The notes under the pieces were generated by a model. The model made no database searches. It worked only from the letters and a program-made list of their open reading frames with translations, and had not been told where the DNA came from. A stretch of 64,000 nt of DNA from an uncultured Pseudomonadota bacterium. GTDB lineage: Bacteria > Myxococcota_A > Polyangia > Fen-1088. Below are positions 59,909-64,000 of this stretch, one piece after another. Location: NCBI GenBank assembly GCA_963847705.1, contig CAWKBC010000001.1, forward strand, positions 64,001 to 128,000, given 5' to 3'. Each line of letters begins with the position of its first letter. The stretch's first letter is position 1. The translations under genes were made by a program, and so were the position numbers.

Positions 59909-60222
59909 AAAATTAACATCCTTTTCGACACCTGTTCGCCCACCGCCCAGGCACGACGCAGCACCGAAGAGAGATGACAGCTCAGGGACAGACGGGACCG
60001 CGCTCGTCGGGGAATGCTTTTGACCGCGCGTGTCGAGATTATTTGGGGGTGGCCTTGACGTCCCGGGGTCGCATTCCTACCTCATTGATGTTGTACGAAC
60101 CCAAGCCTGGATCCTTGATGTTGAGGGTCCGCGGTCGGCGAACGCCCCGGAGTTCCCGGCCCTCGAGATCGGCGGAGAAATAGTCGCTTGATGTCAACCG
60201 ACAAGAACCGCTCAGGGACGGC

Positions 60223-63200
60223 ATGAGCACTCCGAAAAGCATGGTCGGAGAGTCCAGCGTGGATCCCCTGTTCTCGGGAGCGGGGGAGATTGCGGCGCTC
60301 ATGCGCGCCCGGGACTGGTCGACCACGCCGCTCGGACCGCCAGCCGACTGGGACCGAAGCTTGCGCACGGTGGTTCGGATCATGCTCACCTCGCGGTACG
60401 CGATGTGGATGGGCTGGGGGCCCGACCTGACCTTCTTCTACAACGACGCCTATGCCCCGACGCTGGGCGCGAAGCACCCCTGGGCCCTGGGGCAGCCCGC
60501 GCGACAGGTGTGGGCGGAGATCTGGGAGGCGATCGGGCCCCGGATCGACACGGTCTTGCAGCATGGCGAAGCGACCTGGGATTCAGGGCTGCTGCTCTTT
60601 CTCGAGCGCAACGGCTATCCCGAGGAGACCTACCACACGTTTTCTTACAGTCCGCTTCCCCGCGACGACGGCGGGGTGGGCGGAATGCTCTGCGTGGTCA
60701 CCGAAGAGACCGACCGCATCCTGGGCGAACGCCGACTGGCGCTTCTGCGTGACCTGGCCTCCCGGCTGGCGGCGATCAAGGCGACGGAAGAGGTCTTCGC
60801 CGCCGTCGAACACTGCCTCGGCCGCAACTCGCCCGATCTTCCTTTTTCGCTCACCTATCTGTTCGAGGACGACGCGCGGCGAGCCAGGTTGGTTTCGCGC
60901 ACCGAGATTTCGGCGGAGCATCCGGCCGCGGCAGCCGTCGTCGAGATGAGTGGCGTGCCATTCCGCTGGCCCTTCGCCGATGTCGTCGCCCAGTCGACGG
61001 TCCCCGTCGTCGTCGAGCTGGATGCGGCGGTTCCCTGGCCGCGGGGGAACTGGCCGCGATCTCCGGACCGTGCGCTCCTCGTTCCGATCCCCGCGCAGGG
61101 GCAGACCCGACCGGCCGGTGTGTTCATCGCTGGGCTCAACGTCCATCGACCGCTCGACGATGCCTACCGCGCGTTCATCCGGCTCTTCGTGGGACAACTC
61201 ACGGCGGGCCTGGCGAACGCGCGCGCCTACGAGGCCGAGCGCCGGCGGTCGGAAGCGCTGGCCGAGATCGACCGCGCCAAGACCACCTTCTTCAGCAATG
61301 TCAGCCACGAATTTCGGACGCCGCTGACGTTGATGTTGGGACCGATCGAGGACGCGCTGGCCGAGCGGGAACGGTTCTCTGTCGAAGACGCCGAGCGGTG
61401 GGAGCTGCTTCACCGCAACGGTCTGCGGCTCTCCAAGCTGGTCAACACGTTGCTCGACTTCGCCCGGATCGAAGCCGGCCGGCTCGAGGCGGCCTACGAG
61501 GCGACCGATCTGTCGGCTCTGACCCGCGATCTGGCCAGCGCGTTTCGATCGGCGATCGAGCGCGCCGGGTTGCGGCTGACGGTCGATGCCCCTCCGCTGG
61601 CGGCGGCCGCCTACGTCGATCGGGACATGTGGGAAAAGATCGTGCTCAACCTGCTCTCGAACGCGCTCAAGTTCACCTTCGAGGGGGAGATCTCGGTCTC
61701 GCTGCGCGGCGAGGGTGAGCACCTCCACCTCACCGTCGCGGACACCGGTGTGGGCGTCGCGCCGGAAGAGCTGCCCCACCTCTTCGATCGGTTCTATCGC
61801 GTCCGTGGGGCGGAGTCCCGGACCCACGAGGGGACCGGCATCGGGTTGGCGCTCGTTCAGGAGCTGGCGCGGCTGCATGGAGGGACGGTGGCGGCGGCCA
61901 GCGTCGTCGGGCAGGGAACGACCTTCACCGTCACGATTCCGAACGGCAGCGCGGAGCTGTCCGGGCGGCGCTCGACCGCGGGGACCATGCCGGTCTCGAC
62001 CGCGCTCGGGACCAGGCCCTTCGTCGAGGAGGCCCTGAGGTGGCTCCCCGCCGATACGGGAAATCAGCTCACCGGCCCGGGAATCGACGCGCAGAGTGGG
62101 GAGAACGATCCTGGACAGGGGTCCGGGTCGGGCAGGAATGCCCCCCTCATCCTGCTGGCCGATGACAACGCAGACGTGCGGCGCTACGTCTCTCGCATTC
62201 TCGGGGAAAAATGGGCGGTGGAGGCCGTCGCCGATGGCGAGGCGGCCCTTCGCGCCGTCCAGATTCGCCGCCCGGATCTGATCCTCAGTGACGTGATGAT
62301 GCCGAAGCTGGATGGATTCGGGCTGGTGAAGGCGCTGCGCGAAGATCCGGCGACGACCGACCTGCCGATCATCCTGCTCTCCGCGCGGGCCGGCGAAGAC
62401 GCCACCGCGGAGGGGCTCGGCCAGGGAGCCAACGACTATCTGGTGAAGCCGTTTTCTTCGCGGGAGCTCGTGGCCCGGGTGGCCGCGCAGCTCGAACGGG
62501 CGCGGGCGCAGGAGATCATCAAGAAGAACGCCGAAGCGGAGCGCCGCCGCCTGCACTCCTTTCTGATGGAGGCGCCCGCGGCGATCGCCATCTTGCGGGG
62601 CCCCAAGCTGGTCTTCGAGCTGGCCAACGACCGCTGTTCCGAGATCTTCGGCAAGCGCGCGGTTGTCGGCATGCCGGGACGGGAGGCGCTGCCGGAGCTG
62701 GCCGAGCAAGGTGTCTGGGACCTTCTGGATCGGGTCTTCTCGACCGGAGAGCCCTTCTTCGCGACCGAATTCGCGGCGCGGTTCGCCGGGGACAATGGCC
62801 GTCCGGGCGAGGCGAAGGTCTTCAACTGGGTGGCCCAACCCACGCGAGACGAGCAGGGGCAGATCGACGGAGTGATGGTCTTTGCCGTCGAGGTCACCGA
62901 GCAGGCGGCGGCTCGACGCCAGGTCGAGCAGGCACGGGCCACGGAGCGCGAGCTGCGACGGGCCGCCGAAGAGGGGAACCGGGCCAAGGACGAATTCCTG
63001 GCCATGCTCGGTCACGAGCTGCGAAATCCGCTGGCGCCGATCGTGACCGCGCTGCACCTCATGCGGCTGCGCGGCAGCGACCGCACCGAAAAGCAGCGCG
63101 CCATCATCGAGCGGCAGGTCAAGCACCTCACCCGGCTGGTCGACGACCTGCTGGATGTCTCGCGAATCACCCGCGGGAAGGTCGAGCTCAAGCGACGCGC

Positions 63201-64000
63201 CATCGAGCTGTCCGAGGCGGTGGCGCGGGCCATCGAGCTCGCCAATCCCATCGTCGAGCAGCGCGGACACTACCTGGAGCTGGACCTTCCGCAGCGCGGG
63301 CTGATCGTGCACGCGGATCCGGTGCGGCTGGCCCAGGTGGTGGCCAACCTGCTCACCAACGCGGCCAAATACACCGACGCCAAGGGGACGATCGCCGTGT
63401 CGGGTGGCCGGGAGGGTGAGCACGTCGTCCTCAAGGTTCGCGACACCGGCATCGGCATCACCCCGTCGATGCTCCCCCGGGTGTTCGATCTCTTCGCGCA
63501 GGAGTGGCAGGCCTCCGATCGCTCGCACGGCGGCCTCGGCCTGGGGCTGAGCATCGTGCGCAGCCTGGTCAACCTCCATGGCGGAACCGTGGAGGCACAC
63601 AGCTTCGGCCTGGGGCATGGCTCCGAGTTCGTGGTGCGCCTTCCGGCTGCAGTCGTCGGGGACAGCGTCGACGAACGAGCGAGCGCACCTCAGGGAGCCA
63701 GAGCATCGCGGAACGGGCGGAAGATCCTGGTGGTGGACGACAACCAGGACGTGGCCGAAACGCTCGCCGACCTGCTCGAAGACACAGGCCACGTCGTCCG
63801 GATTGCCCAGGACGGTCCGGCCGCCTTGCGAATCCTGGACTCGTTTGTTCCCGATCTGGCCCTGCTCGATATTGGCCTGCCGGTCATGGACGGCTATGAG
63901 CTGGCCCGCCAAATTCTGGAACGGAACGGGCTCCAGAACATGTCGCTGGTCGCGGTGTCCGGCTACGGTCAAGAGGCAGACCAGAAGAGAGCCCATCAAT
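60223..64000 (+). CDS. large double hybrid histidine kinase (PAS/GAF-HisKA-HATPase-REC-PAS-HisKA-HATPase-REC), 3'-partial
   Basis: my translation: DWSTTPLGP...FFYNDAY; SHEFRTPL; LLADDNADVR/SDVMMP; GHELRNPL; LVVDDNQD/LDIGLP; open to the window end; its in-register antisense shadow is ORF 60583-63999. Confidence 0.92.
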   Translation, partial: MSTPKSMVGESSVDPLFSGAGEIAALMRARDWSTTPLGPPADWDRSLRTVVRIMLTSRYAMWMGWGPDLTFFYNDAYAPTLGAKHPWALGQPARQVWAEIWEAIGPRIDTVLQHGEATWDSGLLLFLERNGYPEETYHTFSYSPLPRDDGGVGGMLCVVTEETDRILGERRLALLRDLASRLAAIKATEEVFAAVEHCLGRNSPDLPFSLTYLFEDDARRARLVSRTEISAEHPAAAAVVEMSGVPFRWPFADVVAQSTVPVVVELDAAVPWPRGNWPRSPDRALLVPIPAQGQTRPAGVFIAGLNVHRPLDDAYRAFIRLFVGQLTAGLANARAYEAERRRSEALAEIDRAKTTFFSNVSHEFRTPLTLMLGPIEDALAERERFSVEDAERWELLHRNGLRLSKLVNTLLDFARIEAGRLEAAYEATDLSALTRDLASAFRSAIERAGLRLTVDAPPLAAAAYVDRDMWEKIVLNLLSNALKFTFEGEISVSLRGEGEHLHLTVADTGVGVAPEELPHLFDRFYRVRGAESRTHEGTGIGLALVQELARLHGGTVAAASVVGQGTTFTVTIPNGSAELSGRRSTAGTMPVSTALGTRPFVEEALRWLPADTGNQLTGPGIDAQSGENDPGQGSGSGRNAPLILLADDNADVRRYVSRILGEKWAVEAVADGEAALRAVQIRRPDLILSDVMMPKLDGFGLVKALREDPATTDLPIILLSARAGEDATAEGLGQGANDYLVKPFSSRELVARVAAQLERARAQEIIKKNAEAERRRLHSFLMEAPAAIAILRGPKLVFELANDRCSEIFGKRAVVGMPGREALPELAEQGVWDLLDRVFSTGEPFFATEFAARFAGDNGRPGEAKVFNWVAQPTRDEQGQIDGVMVFAVEVTEQAAARRQVEQARATERELRRAAEEGNRAKDEFLAMLGHELRNPLAPIVTALHLMRLRGSDRTEKQRAIIERQVKHLTRLVDDLLDVSRITRGKVELKRRAIELSEAVARAIELANPIVEQRGHYLELDLPQRGLIVHADPVRLAQVVANLLTNAAKYTDAKGTIAVSGGREGEHVVLKVRDTGIGITPSMLPRVFDLFAQEWQASDRSHGGLGLGLSIVRSLVNLHGGTVEAHSFGLGHGSEFVVRLPAAVVGDSVDERASAPQGARASRNGRKILVVDDNQDVAETLADLLEDTGHVVRIAQDGPAALRILDSFVPDLALLDIGLPVMDGYELARQILERNGLQNMSLVAVSGYGQEADQKRAHQ

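Noticed and set aside
60583-63999. 1138-aa minus-strand ORF and similar long antisense ORFs (6779-9619, 53138-55006, 3262-5007)
   Set aside because: Antisense shadows of real genes, expected in high-GC DNA; no protein motifs.

Overview
Very GC-rich bacterial chromosomal window with a gene repertoire typical of Myxococcota (Polyangia-like): Gly/Thr-linker lipoproteins, a PEGA-type Ser/Thr kinase, a RIO1 kinase, many PAS histidine kinases and a CheB-CheR fusion. The taxonomy is inferred from gene content only. About 55 genes are supported; I saw no rRNA, tRNA, CRISPR array or transposase. The most striking element is a ~7 kb sulfur module (31.0-38.4 kb): DUF2325, a clade-D beta-carbonic anhydrase (COS-hydrolase-like), metY, metA (acetyl type), a SulP-STAS permease and two divergent sulfate-binding proteins. 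It carries four copies of an AT-rich 18-bp palindrome, TGTCTATTATAATAGACA, whose regulator is not in the window. This suggests a co-regulated sulfur-scavenging system that may feed COS-derived sulfide into homocysteine. Other points of interest: a geranylgeranyl-reductase/cfa pair resembling 10-methyl fatty acid operons; two tandem arrays, each anchored on a neighbouring stop codon, that flank an arylsulfatase; an OmpA/ice-binding-protein operon; several gene remnants; and several frameshifts, probably sequencing errors, four of which fall at GAATC. A large double hybrid kinase running off the right edge is missing from the ORF track. All family assignments come from motif recognition by eye, not database searches.
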